Of a stretch of 64,000 bases of DNA, positions 28,301 through 43,800 are shown piece by piece (the first letter of the stretch is position 1; each line of letters starts with the position of its first letter). Both the position numbers and the translations under genes were made by a program. This DNA comes from Auanema rhodensis (lineage: Eukaryota > Animalia > Nematoda), in NCBI GenBank assembly GCA_964057225.1, contig OZ059900.1:21762001-21826000 (forward strand). Reading direction: 5' to 3'. Below the pieces are notes generated by a model that worked only from the letters and a program-made list of their open reading frames with translations, was not told where the DNA came from and did not search any database.

Positions 28301-31300
28301 ATCGTAAGTCAAAACCTTGTTTACAGCGAAATTTCCAAAAACTGGTTTTCCAGCATAATAAAATATTTCTCATGGGAAATACTGTGTTTTTGTATTTTTC
28401 TAGTGTTCAGCATGTAAAATGCTTCATTTTAGTATGTAACACGCTGAAATTCGTTGCATTTGACGACTCATATGAACAAAAATCGATTTAATCAATATTA
28501 GCCATAAGGGGCGTGCCCTCAGAATATGCTAATTTCCTTAATTTTCTAACCCCTGTTTTTTTGTCGTGAAAGTGGAACTAGACGTTGTACGAACAATTTT
28601 GAGCTGGGTTTCATTGACATTGCATGAGTTTGAACACATGAAATCGTAAGTCAAAACCTTGTTTACAGCGAAATTTCCAAAAACTGGTTTTCCAGCATAA
28701 TAAAATATTTCTCATGGGAAATACTGTGTTTTTGTATTTTTCTAGTGTTCAGCATGTAAAATGCTTCATTTTAGTATGTAACACGCTGAAATTCGTTGCA
28801 TTTGACGACTCATATGAACAAAAATCGATTTAATCAATATTAGCCATAAGGGGCGTGCCCTCAGAATATGCCAATTTCCTTAATTTTCTAACCCCTGTTT
28901 TTTTGTCGTGAAAGTGGAACTAGACGTTGTACGAACAATTTTGAGCTAGGTTTCATTGACATTGCATGAGTTTGAACACATGAAATCGTAAGTCAAAACC
29001 TTGTTTACAGCGAAATTTCCAAAAACTGGTTTTCCAGCATAATAAAATATTTCTCATGGGTATTACTGTGTTTTTGTATTTTTCTAGTGTTCAGCATGTA
29101 AAATGCTTCATTTTAGTATGTAACACGCTGAAATTCGTTGCATTTGACGACTCATATGAACAAAAATCGATTTAATCAATATTAGCCATAAGGGGGCGTG
29201 CCCTCAGAATATGCTAATTTCCTTAATTTTCTAACCCCTGTTTTTTTGTCGTGAAAGTGGAACTAGACGTTGTACGAACAATTTTGAGCTAGGTTTCATT
29301 GACATTGCATGAGTTTGAACACATGAAATCGTAAGTCAAAACCTTGTTTACAGCGAAATTTCCAAAAACTGGTTTTCCAGCATAATAAAATATTTCTCAT
29401 GGGAAATACTGTGTTTTTGTATTTTTCTAGTGTTCAGCATGTAAAATGCTTCATTTTAGTATGTAACACGCTGAAATTCGTTGCATTTGACGACTCATAT
29501 GAACAAAAATCGATTTAATCAATATTAGCCATAAGGGGCGTGCCCTCAGAATATGCTAATTTCCTTAATTTTCTAACCCCTGTTTTTTTGTCGTGAAAGT
29601 GGAACCAGACGTTGTACGAACAATTTTGAGCTAGGTTTCATTGACATTGCATGAGTTTGAACACATGAAATCGTAAGTCAAAACCTTGTTTACAGCGAAA
29701 TTTCCAAAAACTGGTTTTCCAGCATAATAAAATATTTCTCATGGGAAATACTGTGTTTTTGTACTTTTCTAGTGTTCAGCATGTAAAATGCTTCATTTTA
29801 GTATGTAACACGCTGAAATTCGTTGCATTTGACGACTCATATGAACAAAAATCGATTTAATCAATATTAGCCATAAGGGGCGTGCCCTCAGAATATGCTA
29901 ATTTCCTTAATTTTCTAACCCCCGTTTTTTTGTCGTGAAAGTGGAACTAGACGTTGTACGAACAATTTTGAGCTAGGTTTCATTGACATTGCATGAGTTT
30001 GAACACATGAAATCGTAAGTCAAAACCTTGTTTACAGCGAAATTTCCAAAAACTGGTTTTCCAGCATAATAAAATATTTCTCATGGGAAATACTGTGTTT
30101 TTGTATTTTTCTAGTGTTCAGCATGTAAACTGCTTCTTTTTAGTATGTAACACGCTGAAATTCGTTGCATTTGACGACTCATATGAACAAAAATCGATTT
30201 AATCAATATTAGCCATAAGGGGCGTACCCTCAGAATATGCTAATTTCCTTAATTTTCTAACCCCTGTTTTTTTGTCGTGAAAGTGGAACTAGACGTTGTA
30301 CGAACAATTTTGAGCTGGGTTTCATTGACATTGCATGAGTTTGAACACATGAAATCGTAAGTCAAAACCTTGTTTACAGCGAAATTTCCAAAAACTGGTT
30401 TTCCAGCATAATAAAATATTTCTCATGGGAAATACTGTGTTTTTGTATTTTTCTAGTGTTCAGCATGTAAAATGCTTCATTTTAGTATGTAACACGCTGA
30501 AATTCGTTGCATTTGACGACTCATATGAACAAAAATCGATTTAATCAATATTAGCCATAAGGGGCGTGCCCTCAGAATATGCTAATTTCCTTAATTTTCT
30601 AACCCCTGTTTTTTTGTCGTGAAAGTGGAACTAGACATTGTATTAACAATTTTGAGCTAGGTTTCATTGACATTGCATGAGTTTGAACACATGAAATCGT
30701 AAGTCAAAACCTTGTTTACAGCGAAATTTCCAAAAACTGGTTTTCCAGCATAATAAAATATTTCTCATGGGAAATACTGTGTTTTTGTATTTTTCTAGTG
30801 TTCAGCATGTAAAATGCTTCATTTTAGTATGTAACACGCTGAAATTCGTTGCATTTGACGACTCATATGAACAAAAATCGATTTAATCAATATTAGCCAT
30901 AAGGGGCGTGCCCTCAGAATATGCTAATTTCCTTAATTTTCTAACCCCTGTTTTTTTGTCGTGAAAGTGGAACTAGACGTTGTACGAACAATTTTGAGCT
31001 GGGTTTCATTGACATTGCATGAGTTTGAACACATGAAATCGTAAGTCAAAACCTTGTTTACAGCGAAATTTCCAAAAACTGGTTTTCCAGCATAATAAAA
31101 TATTTCTCATGGGAAATACTGTGTTTTTGTATTTTTCTAGTGTTCAGCATGTAAAATGCTTCATTTTAGTATGTAACACGCTGAAATTCGTTGCATTTGA
31201 CGACTCATATGAACAAAAATCGATTTAATCAATATTAGCCATAAGGGGCGTGCCCTCAGAATATGCTAATTTCCTTAATTTTCTAACCCCTGTTTTTTAG

Positions 31301-34300
31301 TCGTGAAAGTGGAACTAGACGTTGTACGAACAATTTTGAGCTAGGTTTCATTGACATTGCATGAGTTTGAACACATGAAATCGTAAGTCAAAACCTTGTT
31401 TACAGCGAAATTTCCAAAAACTGGTTTTCCAGCATAATAAAATATTTCTCATGGGAAATACTGTGTTTTTGTATTTTTCTAGTGTTCAGCATGTAAAATG
31501 CTTCATTTTAGTATGTAACACGCTGAAATTCGTTGCATTTGACGACTCATATGAACAAAAATCGATTTAATCAATATTAGCCATAAAGGGCGTGCCCTCA
31601 GAATATGCTAATTTCCTTAATTTTCTAACCCCTGTTTTTTTGTCCTGAAAGTGGAACTAGACATTGTATTAACAATTTTGAGCTAGGTTTCATTGACATT
31701 GCATGAGTTTGAACACATGAAATCGTAAGTCAAAACCTTGTTTACAGCGAAATTTCCAAAAACTGGTTTTCCAGCATAATAAAATATTTCTCATGGGAAA
31801 TACTGTGTTTTTGTATTTTTCTAGTGTTCAGCATGTAAAATGCTTCATTTTAGTATGTAACACGCTGAAATTCGTTGCATTTGACGACTCATATGAACAA
31901 AAATCGATTTAATCAATATTAGCCATAAGGGGCGTGCCCTCAGAATATGCTAATTTCCTTAATTTTCTAACCCCTGTTTTTTTGTCGTGAAAGTGGAACT
32001 AGACGTTGTACGAACAATTTTGAGCTAGGTTTCATTGACATTGCATGAGTTTGAACACATGAAATCGTAAGTCAAAACCTTGTTTACAGCGAAATTTCCA
32101 AAAACTGGTTTTCCAGCATAATAAAATATTTCTCATGGGTATTACTGTGTTTTTGTATTTTTCTAGTGTTCAGCATGTAAAATGCTTCATTTTAGTATGT
32201 AACACGCTGAAATTCGTTGCATTTGACGACTCATATGAACAAAAATCGATTTAATCAATATTAGCCATAAGGGGCGTGCCCTCAGAATATGCTAATTTCC
32301 TTAATTTTCTAACCCCTGTTTTTTTGTCGTGAAAGTGGAACTAGACGTTGTACGAACAATTTTGAGCTAGGTTTCATTGACATTGCATGAGTTTGAACAC
32401 ATGAAATCGTAAGTCAAAACCTTGTTTACAGCGAAATTTCCAAAAACTGGTTTTCCAGCATAATAAAATATTTCTCATGGGAAATACTGTGTTTTTGTAT
32501 TTTTCTAGTGTTCAGCATGTGAAATGCTTCATTTTAGTATGTAACACGCTGAAATTCGTTGCATTTGACGACTCATATGAACAAAAATCGATTTAATCAA
32601 TATTAGCCATAAAGGGCGTGCCCTCAGAATATGCTAATTTCCTTAATTTTCTAACCCCTGTTTTTTTGTCGTGAAAGTGGAACCAGACGTTGTAGGAACA
32701 ATTTTGAGCTAGGTTTCATTGACATTGCATGAGTTTGAACACATGAAATCGTAAGTCAAAACCTTGTTTACAGCGAAACTTCCAAAAACTGGTTTTCCAG
32801 CATAATAAAATATTTCTCATGGGAAATACTGTGTTTTTGTATTTTTCTAGTGTTCAGCATGTAAAATGCTTCATTTTAGTATGTAACACGCTGAAATTCG
32901 TTGCATTTGACGACTCATATGAACAAAAATCGATTTAATCAATATTAGCCATAAGGGGCGTGCCCTCAGAATATGCTAATTTCTTTAATTTTCTAACCCC
33001 TGTTTTTTTGTCGTGAAAGTGGAACTAGACGTTGTAGGAACAATTTTGAGCTAGGTTTCATTGACATTGCATGAGTTTGAACACATGAAATCGTAAGTCA
33101 AAACCTTGTTTACAGCGATATTTTCAAAAACTGGTTTTCCAGCATAATAAAATATTTCTCATGGGAAATACCGTGTTTTTGTATTTTTCTAGTGTTCAGC
33201 ATGTAAAATGCTTCATTTTAGTATGTAACACGCTGAAATTCGTTGCATTTGACGACTCATATGAACAAAAATCGATTTAATCAATATTAGCCATAAGGGG
33301 CGTGCCCTCAGAATATGCTAATTTCCTTAATTTTCTAACCCCTGTTTTTTTGTCGTGAAAGTGGAACTAGACGTTGTACGAACAATTTTGAGCTAGGTTT
33401 CATTGACATTGCATGAGTTTGAACACATGAAATCGTAAGTCAAAACCTTGTTTACAGCGAAATTTCCAAAAACTGGTTTTCCAGCATAATAAAATATTTC
33501 TCATGGGAAATACTGTGTTTTTGTATTTTTCTAGTGTTCAGCATGTAAAATGCTTCATTTTAGTATGTAACACGCTGAAATTCGTTGCATTTGACGACTC
33601 ATATGAACAAAAATCGATTTAATCAATATTAGCCATAAGGGGCGTGCCCTCAGAATATGCTAATTTCCTTAATTTTCTAACCCCTGTTTTTTTGTCGTGA
33701 AAGTGGAACTAGACGTTGTAGGAACAATTTTGAGCTAGGTTTCATTGACATTGCATGAGTTTGAACACATGAAATCGTAAGTCAAAACCTTGTTTACAGC
33801 GATATTTTCAAAAACTGGTTTTCCAGCATAATAAAATATTTCTCATGGGAAATACTGTGTTTTTGTATTTTTCTAGTGTTCAGCATGTAAAATGCTTCAT
33901 TTTAGTATGTAACACGCTGAAATTCGTTGCATTTGACGACTCATATGAACAAAAATCGATTTAATCAATATTAGCCATAAGGGGCGTGCCCTCAGAATAT
34001 GCTAATTTCCTTAATTTTCTAACCCCTGTTTTTTTGTCGTGAAAGTGGAACTAGACGTTGTACGAACAATTTTGAGCTAGGTTTCATTGACATTGCATGA
34101 GTTTGAACACATGAAATCGTAAGTCAAAACCTTGTTTACAGCGAAATTTCCAAAAACTGGTTTTCCAGCATAATAAAATATTTCTCATGGGAAATACTGT
34201 GTTTTTGTATTTTTCTAGTGTTCAGCATGTAAAATGCTTCATTTTAGTATGTAACACGCTGAAATTCGTTGCATTTGACGACTCATATGAACAAAAATCG

Positions 34301-34890
34301 ATTTAATCAATATTAGCCATAAGGGGCGTGCCCTCAGAATATGCTAATTTCCTTAATTTTCTAACCCCTGTTTTTTTGTCGTGAAAGTGGAACTAGACGT
34401 TGTACGAACAATTTTGAGCTGGGTTTCATTGACATTGCATGAGTTTGAACACATGAAATCGTAAGTCAAAACCTTGTTTACAGCGAAATTTCCAAAAACT
34501 GGTTTTCCAGCATAATAAAATATTTCTCATGGGAAATACTGTGTTTTTGTATTTTTCTAGTGTTCAGCATGTAAAATGCTTCATTTTAGTATGTAACACG
34601 CTGAAATTCGTTGCATTTGACGACTCATATGAACAAAAATCGATTTAATCAATATTAGCCATAAGGGGCGTGCCCTCAGAATATGCCAATTTCCTTAATT
34701 TTCTAACCCCTGTTTTTTTGTCGTGAAAGTGGAACTAGACGTTGTACGAACAATTTTGAGCTAGGTTTCATTGACATTGCATGAGTTTGAACACATGAAA
34801 TCGTAAGTCAAAACCTTGTTTACAGCGAAATTTCCAAAAACTGGTTTTCCAGCATAATAAAATATTTCTCATGGGTATTACTGTGTTTTT
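24972..34890 (+). repeat. 17-monomer-offset (5815-bp) duplication: M74-M85 vs M91-M102
   Basis: Variants AAACTTCC, TTTCTTT, ATACCGTG and ATGCCAAT are each seen exactly twice, 5815 bp apart. Confidence 0.88.
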
Positions 34891-37800
34891 GTATTTTTCT
34901 AGTGTTCAGCATGTAAAATGCTTCATTTTAGTATGTAACACGCTGAAATTCGTTGCATTTGACGACTCATATGAACAAAAATCGATTTAATCAATATTAG
35001 CCATAAAGGGCGTGCCCTCAGAATATGCTAATTTCCTTAATTTTCTAACCCCTGTTTTTTTGTCGTGAAAGTGGAACTAGACGTTGTACGAACAATTTTG
35101 AGCTAGGTTTCATTGACATTGCATGAGTTTGAACACATGAAATCGTAAGTCAAAACCTTGTTTACAGCGAAATTTCCAAAAACTGGTTTTCCAGCATAAT
35201 AAAATATTTCTCATGGGAAATACTGTGTTTTTGTATTTTTCTAGTGTTCAGCATGTAAAATGCTTCATTTTAGTATGTAACACGCTGAAATTCGTTGCAT
35301 TTGACGACTCATATGAACAAAAATCGATTTAATCAATATTAGCCATAAGGGGCGTGCCCTCAGAATATGCTAATTTCCTTAATTTTCTAACCCCTGTTTT
35401 TTTGTCGTGAAAGTGGAACCAGACGTTGTACGAACAATTTTGAGCTAGGTTTCATTGACATTGCATGAGTTTGAACACATGAAATCGTAAGTCAAAACCT
35501 TGTTTACAGCGAAATTTCCAAAAACTGGTTTTCCAGCATAATAAAATATTTCTCATGGGAAATACTATGTTTTTGTATTTTTCTAGTGTTCAGCATACAA
35601 AATGCTTCATTTTAGTATGTAACACGCTGAAATTCGTTGCATTTGACGACTCATATGAACAAAAATCGATTTAATCAATATTAGCCATAAGGGGCGTGCC
35701 CTCAGAATATGCTAATTTCCTTAATTTTCTAACCCCTGTTTTTTTGTCGTGAAAGTGGAACTAGACGTTGTAGGAACAATTTTGAGCTAGGTTTCATTGA
35801 CATTGCATGAGTTTGAACACATGAAATCGTAAGTCAAAACCTTGTTTACAGCGAAATTTCCAAAAACTGGTTTTCCAGCATAATAAAATATTTCTCATGG
35901 GTAATACTGTGTTTTTGTATTTTTCTAGCGTTCAGCATGTAAAATGCTTCATTTTAGTATGTAACATGCTGAAATTCGTTGCATTTGACGACTCATATGA
36001 ACAAAAATCGATTTAATCAATATTAGCCATAAAGGGCGTGCTCTCAGAATATGCTAATTTCCTTAATTTTCTAACCCCTGTTTTTTTGTCGTGAAAGTGG
36101 AACTAGACGTTGTACGAACAATTTTGAGCTAGGTTTCATTGACATTGCATGAGTTTGAACACATGAAATCGTAAGTCAAAACCTTGTTTACAGCGAAATT
36201 TCCAAAAACTGGTTTTCCAGCATAATAAAATATTTCTCATGGGAAATACTGTGTTTTTGTATTTTTCTAGCGTTCAGCATGTAAAATGCTTCATTTTAGT
36301 ATGTGACACGCTGAAATTCGTTGCATTTGACGACTCATATGAACAAAAATCGATTTAATCAATATTAGCCATAAGGGGCGTGCCCTCAGAATATGCTAAT
36401 TTCCTTAATTTTCTAACCCCTGTTTTTTTGTCGTGAAAGTGGAACTAGACGTTGTACGAACAATTTTGAGCTGGGTTTCATTGACATTGCATGAGTTTGA
36501 ACACATGAAATCGTAAGTCAAAACCTTGTTTACAGCGAAATTTCCAAAAACTGGTTTTCCAGCATAATAAAATATTTCTCATGGGAAATACTGTGTTTTT
36601 GTATTTTTCTAGTGTTCAGCATGTAAAATGCTTCATTTTAGTATGTAACACGCTGAAATTCGTTGCATTTGACGACTCATATGAACAAAAATCGATTTAA
36701 TCAATATTAGCCATAAGGGGCGTGCCCTCAGAATATGCTAATTTCCTTAATTTTCTAACCCCTGTTTTTTTGTCGTGAAAGTGGAACTAGACATTGTATT
36801 AACAATTTTGAGCTAGGTTTCATTGACATTGCATGAGTTTGAACACATGAAATCGTAAGTCAAAACCTTGTTTACAGCGAAATTTCCAAAAACTGGTTTT
36901 CCAGCATAATAAAATATTTCTCATGGGTATTACTGTGTTTTTGTATTTTTCTAGTGTTCAGCATGTAAAATGCTTCATTTTAGTATGTAACACGCTGAAA
37001 TTCGTTGCATTTGACGACTCATATGAACAAAAATCGATTTAATCAATATTAGCCATAAGGGGCGTGCCCTCAGAATATGCTAATTTCCTTAATTTTCTAA
37101 CCCCTGTTTTTTTGTCGTGAAAGTGGAACCAGACGTTGTACGAACAATTTTGAGCTAGGTTTCAATGACATTGCATGAGTTTGAACACATGAAATCGTAA
37201 GTCAAAACCTTGTTTACAGCGAAATTTCCAAAAACTGGTTTTCCAGCATAATAAAATATTTCTCAGTTGAAATACTGTGTTTTTGTATTTTTCTAGTGTT
37301 CAGCATGTGAAATGCTTCATTTTAGTATGTAACACGCTGAAATTCGTTGCATTTGACGACTCATATGAACAAAAATCGATTTAATCAATATTAGCCATAA
37401 AGGGCGTGCCCTCAGAATATGCTAATTTCCTTAATTTTCTAACCCCTGTTTTTTTGTCGTGAAAGTGGAACCAGACGTTGTACGAACAATTTTGAGCTAG
37501 GTTTCAATGACATTGCATGAGTTTGAACACATGAAATCGTAAGTCAAAACCTTGTTTACAGCGAAATTTCCAAAAACTGGTTTTCCAGCATAATAAAATA
37601 TTTCTCAGTTGAAATACTGTGTTTTTGTATTTTTCTAGTGTTCAGCATGTGAAATGCTTCATTTTAGTATGTAACACGCTGAAATTCGTTGCATTTGACG
37701 ACTCATATGAACAAAAATCGATTTAATCAATATTAGCCATAAAGGGCGTGCCCTCAGAATATGCTAATTTCCTTAATTTTCTAACCCCTGTTTTTTTGTC

Positions 37801-40800
37801 GTGAAAGTGGAACTAGACGTTGTAGGAACAATTTTGAGCTAGGTTTCATTGACATTGCATGAGTTTGAACACATGAAATCGTAAGTCAAAACCTTGTTTA
37901 CAGCGAAATTTCCAAAAACTGGTTTTCCAGCATAATAAAATATTTCTCATGGGAAATACTGTGTTTTTGTATTTTTCTAGTGTTCAGCATGTAAAATGCT
38001 TCATTTTAGTATGTAACACGCTGAAATTCGTTGCATTTGACGACTCATATGAACAAAAATCGATTTAATCAATATTAGCCATAAGGGGCGTGCCCTCAGA
38101 ATATGCTAATTTCCTTAATTTTCTAACCCCTGTTTTTTTGTCGTGAAAGTGGAACTAGACGTTGTACGAACAATTTTGAGCTAGGTTTCATTGACATTGC
38201 ATGAGTTTGAACACATGAAATCGTAAGTCAAAACCTTGTTTACAGCGAAATTTCCAAAAACTGGTTTTCCAGCATAATAAAATATTTCTCATGGGAAATA
38301 CTGTGTTTTTGTATTTTTCTAGTGTTCAGCATGTAAAATGCTTCATTTTAGTATGTAACACGCTGAAATTCGTTGCATTTGACGACTCATATGAACAAAA
38401 ATCGATTTAATCAATATTAGCCATAAGGGGCGTGCCCTCAGAATATGCTAATTTCCTTAATTTTCTAATCCCTGTTTTTTTGTCGTGAAAGTGGAACTAG
38501 TCGTTGTACGAACAATTTTGAGCTAGGTTTCATTGACATTGCATGAGTTTGAACACATGAAATCGTAAGTCAAAACCTTGTTTACAGCGAAATTTCCAAA
38601 AACTGGTTTTCCAGCATAATAAAATATTTCTCATGGGAAATACTGTGTTTTTGTATTTTTCTAGTGTTCAGCATGTAAAATGCTTCATTTTAGTATGTAA
38701 CACGCTGAAATTCGTTGCATTTGACGACTCATATGAACAAAAATCGATTTAATCAATATTAGCCATAAGGGGCGTGCCCTCAGAATATGCTAATTTCCTT
38801 AATTTTCTAACCCCTGTTTTTTTGTCGTGAAAGTGGAACTAGTCGTTGTACGAACAATTTTGAGCTGGGTTTCATTGACATTGCATGAGTTTGAACACAT
38901 GAAATCGTAAGTCAAAACCTTGTTTACAGCGAAATTTCCAAAAACTGGTTTTCCAGCATAATAAAATATTTCTCATGGGAAATACTGTGTTTTTGTATTT
39001 TTCTAGTGTTCAGCATGTAAAATGCTTTATTTTAGTATGTAACACGCTGAAATTCGTTGCATTTGACGACTCATATGAACAAAAATCGATTTAATCAATA
39101 TTAGCCATAAGGGGCGTGCCCTCAGAATATGCTAATTTCCTTAGTTTTCTAACCCCTGTTTTTTAGTCGTGAAAGTGGAACTAGACGTTGTACGAACAAT
39201 TTTGAGCTAGGTTTCATTGACATTGCATGAGTTTGAACACATGAAATCGTAAGTCAAAACCTTGTTTACAGCGAAATTTCCAAAAACTGGTTTTCCAGCA
39301 TAATAAAATATTTCTCATGGGAAATACTATGTTTTTGTATTTTTCTAGTGTTCAGCATGTAAAATGCTTCATTTTAGTATGTAACACGCTGAAATTCGTT
39401 GCATTTGACGACTCATATGAACAAAAATCGATTTAATCAATATTAGCCATAAGGGGCGTGCCCTCAGAATATGCTAATTTCCTTAATTTTCTAACCCCTG
39501 TTTTTTTGTCGTGAAAGTGGAACTAGACGTTGTAGGAACAATTTTGAGCTAGGTTTCTTTGACATTGCATGAGTTTGAACACATGAAATCGTAAGTCAAA
39601 ACCTTGTTTACAGCGAAATTTCCAAAAACTGGTTTTCCAGCATAATAAAATATTTCTCATGGGAAATACTGTGTTTTTGTATTTTTCTAGCGTTCAGCAT
39701 GTAAAATGCTTCATTTTAGTATGTAACACGCTGAAATTCGTTGCATTTGACGACTCATATGAACAAAAATCGATTTAATCAATATTAGCCATAAGGGGCG
39801 TGCCCTCAGAATATGCTAATTTCCTTAATTTTCTAACCCCTGTTTTTTTGTCGTGAAAGTGGAACTAGACGTTGTAGGAACAATTTTGAGCTAGGTTTCA
39901 TTGACATTGCATGAGTATGAACACATGAAATCGTAAGTCAAAACCTTGTTTACAGCGAAATTTCCAAAAACTGGTTTTCCAGCATAATAAAATATTTCTC
40001 ATGGGAAATACTGTGTTTTTGTATTTTTCTAGCGTTCAGCATGTAAAATGCTTCATTTTAGTATGTAACACGCTGAAATTCGTTGCATTTGACGACTCAT
40101 ATGAACAAAAATCGATTTAATCAATATTAGCCATAAAGGGCGTGCCCTCAGAATATGCTAATTTCCTTAATTTTCTAACCCCTGTTTTTTTGTCGTGAAA
40201 GTGGAACTAGACGTTGTACGAACAATTTTGAGCTAGGTTTCATTGACATTGCATGAGTTTGAACACATGAAATCGTAAGTCAAAACCTTGTTTACAGCGA
40301 AATTTCCAAAAACTGGTTTTCCAGCATAATAAAATATTTCTCATGGGAAATACTGTGTTTTTGTATTTTTCTAGTGTTCAGCATGTAAAATGCTTTATTT
40401 TAGTATGTAACACGCTGAAATTCGTTGCATTTGACGACTCATATGAACAAAAATCGATTTAATCAATATTAGCCATAAGGGGCGTGCCCTCAGAATATGC
40501 TAATTTCCTTAATTTTCTAACCCCTGTTTTTTTGTCGTGAAAGTGGAACTAGACGTTGTAGGAACAATTTTGAGCTAGGTTTCTTTGACATTGCATGAGT
40601 TTGAACACATGAAATCGTAAGTCAAAACCTTGTTTACAGCGAAATTTCCAAAAACTGGTTTTCCAGCATAATAAAATATTTCTCATGGGAAATACTGTGT
40701 TTTTGTATTTTTCTAGCGTTCAGCATGTAAAATGCTTCATTTTAGTATGTAACACGCTGAAATTCGTTGCATTTGACGACTCATATGAACAAAAATCGAT

Positions 40801-43800
40801 TTAATCAATATTAGCCATAAGGGGCGTGCCCTCAGAATATGCTAATTTCCTTAATTTTCTAACCCCTGTTTTTTTGTCGTGAAAGTGGAACTAGACGTTG
40901 TAGGAACAATTTTGAGCTAGGTTTCATTGACATTGCATGAGTTTGAACACATGAAATCGTAAGTCAAAACCTTGTTTACAGCGAAATTTCCAAAAACTGG
41001 TTTTCCAGCATAATAAAATATTTCTCATGGGAAATACTGTGTTTTTGTATTTTTCTAGCGTTCAGCATGTAAAATGCTTCATTTTAGTATGTAACACGCT
41101 GAAATTCGTTGCATTTGACGACTCATATGAACAAAAATCGATTTAATCAATATTAGCCATAAAGGGCGTGCCCTCAGAATATGCTAATTTCCTTAATTTT
41201 CTAACCCCTGTTTTTTTGTCGTGAAAGTGGAACTAGACGTTGTACGAACAATTTTGAGCTAGGTTTCATTGACATTGCATGAGTTTGAACACATGAAATC
41301 GTAAGTCAAAACCTTGTTTACAGCGAAATTTCCAAAAACTGGTTTTCCAGCATAATAAAATATTTCTCATGGGAAATACTGTGTTTTTGTATTTTTCTAG
41401 TGTTCAGCATGTAAAATGCTTCATTTTAGTATGTAACACGCTGAAATTCGTTGCATTTGACGACTCATATGAACAAAAATCGATTTAATCAATATTAGCC
41501 ATAAGGGGCGTGCCCTCAGAATATGCTAATTTCCTTAATTTTCTAACCCCTGTTTTTTTGTCGTGAAAGTGGAACTAGACGTTGTACGAACAATTTTGAG
41601 CTAGGTTTCATTGACATTGCATGAGTTTGAACACATGAAATCGTAAGTCAAAACCTTGTTTACAGCGAAATTTCCAAAAACTGGTTTTCCAGCATAATAA
41701 AATATTTCTCATGGGAAATACTATGTTTTTGTATTTTTCTAGTGTTCAGCATACAAAATGCTTCATTTTAGTATGTAACACGCTGAAATTCGTTGCATTT
41801 GACGACTCATATGAACAAAAATCGATTTAATCAATATTAGCCATAAGGGGCGTGCCCTCAGAATATGCTAATTTCCTTAATTTTCTAACCCCTGTTTTTT
41901 TGTCGTGAAAGTGGAACTAGACGTTGTAGGAACAATTTTGAGCTAGGTTTCATTGACATTGCATGAGTTTGAACACATGAAATCGTAAGTCAAAACCTTG
42001 TTTACAGCGAAATTTCCAAAAACTGGTTTTCCAGCATAATAAAATATTTCTCATGGGTAATACTGTGTTTTTGTATTTTTCTAGCGTTCAGCATGTAAAA
42101 TGCTTCATTTTAGTATGTAACATGCTGAAATTCGTTGCATTTGACGACTCATATGAACAAAAATCGATTTAATCAATATTAGCCATAAAGGGCGTGCTCT
42201 CAGAATATGCTAATTTCCTTAATTTTCTAACCCCTGTTTTTTTGTCGTGAAAGTGGAACTAGACGTTGTACGAACAATTTTGAGCTAGGTTTCATTGACA
42301 TTGCATGAGTTTGAACACATGAAATCGTAAGTCAAAACCTTGTTTACAGCGAAATTTCCAAAAACTGGTTTTCCAGCATAATAAAATATTTCTCATGGGA
42401 AATACTGTGTTTTTGTATTTTTCTAGCGTTCAGCATGTAAAATGCTTCATTTTAGTATGTGACACGCTGAAATTCGTTGCATTTGACGACTCATATGAAC
42501 AAAAATCGATTTAATCAATATTAGCCATAAGGGGCGTGCCCTCAGAATATGCTAATTTCCTTAATTTTCTAACCCCTGTTTTTTTGTCGTGAAAGTGGAA
42601 CTAGACGTTGTAGGAACAATTTTGAGCTAGGTTTCATTGACATTGCATGAGTTTGAACACATGAAATCGTAAGTCAAAACCTTGTTTACAGCGAAATTTC
42701 CAAAAACTGGTTTTCCAGCATAATAAAATATTTCTCATGGGTAATACTGTGTTTTTGTATTTTTCTAGCGTTCAGCATGTAAAATGCTTCATTTTAGTAT
42801 GTAACATGCTGAAATTCGTTGCATTTGACGACTCATATGAACAAAAATCGATTTAATCAATATTAGCCATAAAGGGCGTGCTCTCAGAATATGCTAATTT
42901 CCTTAATTTTCTAACCCCTGTTTTTTTGTCGTGAAAGTGGAACTAGACGTTGTACGAACAATTTTGAGCTAGGTTTCATTGACATTGCATGAGTTTGAAC
43001 ACATGAAATCGTAAGTCAAAACCTTGTTTACAGCGAAATTTCCAAAAACTGGTTTTCCAGCATAATAAAATATTTCTCATGGGAAATACTGTGTTTTTGT
43101 ATTTTTCTAGCGTTCAGCATGTAAAATGCTTCATTTTAGTATGTGACACGCTGAAATTCGTTGCATTTGACGACTCATATGAACAAAAATCGATTTAATC
43201 AATATTAGCCATAAGGGGCGTGCCCTCAGAATATGCTAATTTCCTTAATTTTCTAACCCCTGTTTTTTTGTCGTGAAAGTGGAACTAGACGTTGTACGAA
43301 CAATTTTGAGCTAGGTTTCATTGACATTGCATGAGTTTGAACACATGAAATCGTAAGTCAAAACCTTGTTTACAGCGAAATTTCCAAAAACTGGTTTTCC
43401 AGCATAATAAAATATTTCTCATGGGAAATACTGTGTTTTTGTATTTTTCTAGTGTTCAGCATGTAAAATGCTTCATTTTAGTATGTAACACGCTGAAATT
43501 CGTTGCATTTGACGACTCATATGAACAAAAATCGATTTAATCAATATTAGCCACAAGGGGCGTGCCCTCAGAATATGCTAATTTCCTTAATTTTCTAACC
43601 CCTGTTTTTTTGTCGTGAAAGTGGAACTAGACGTTGTAGGAACAATTTTGAGCTAGGTTTCATTGACATTGCATGAGTTTGAACACATGAAATCGTAAGT
43701 CAAAACCTTGTTTACAGCGAAATTTCCAAAAACTGGTTTTCCAGCATAATAAAATATTTCTCATGGGAAATACTGTGTTTTTGTATTTTTCTAGCGTTCA

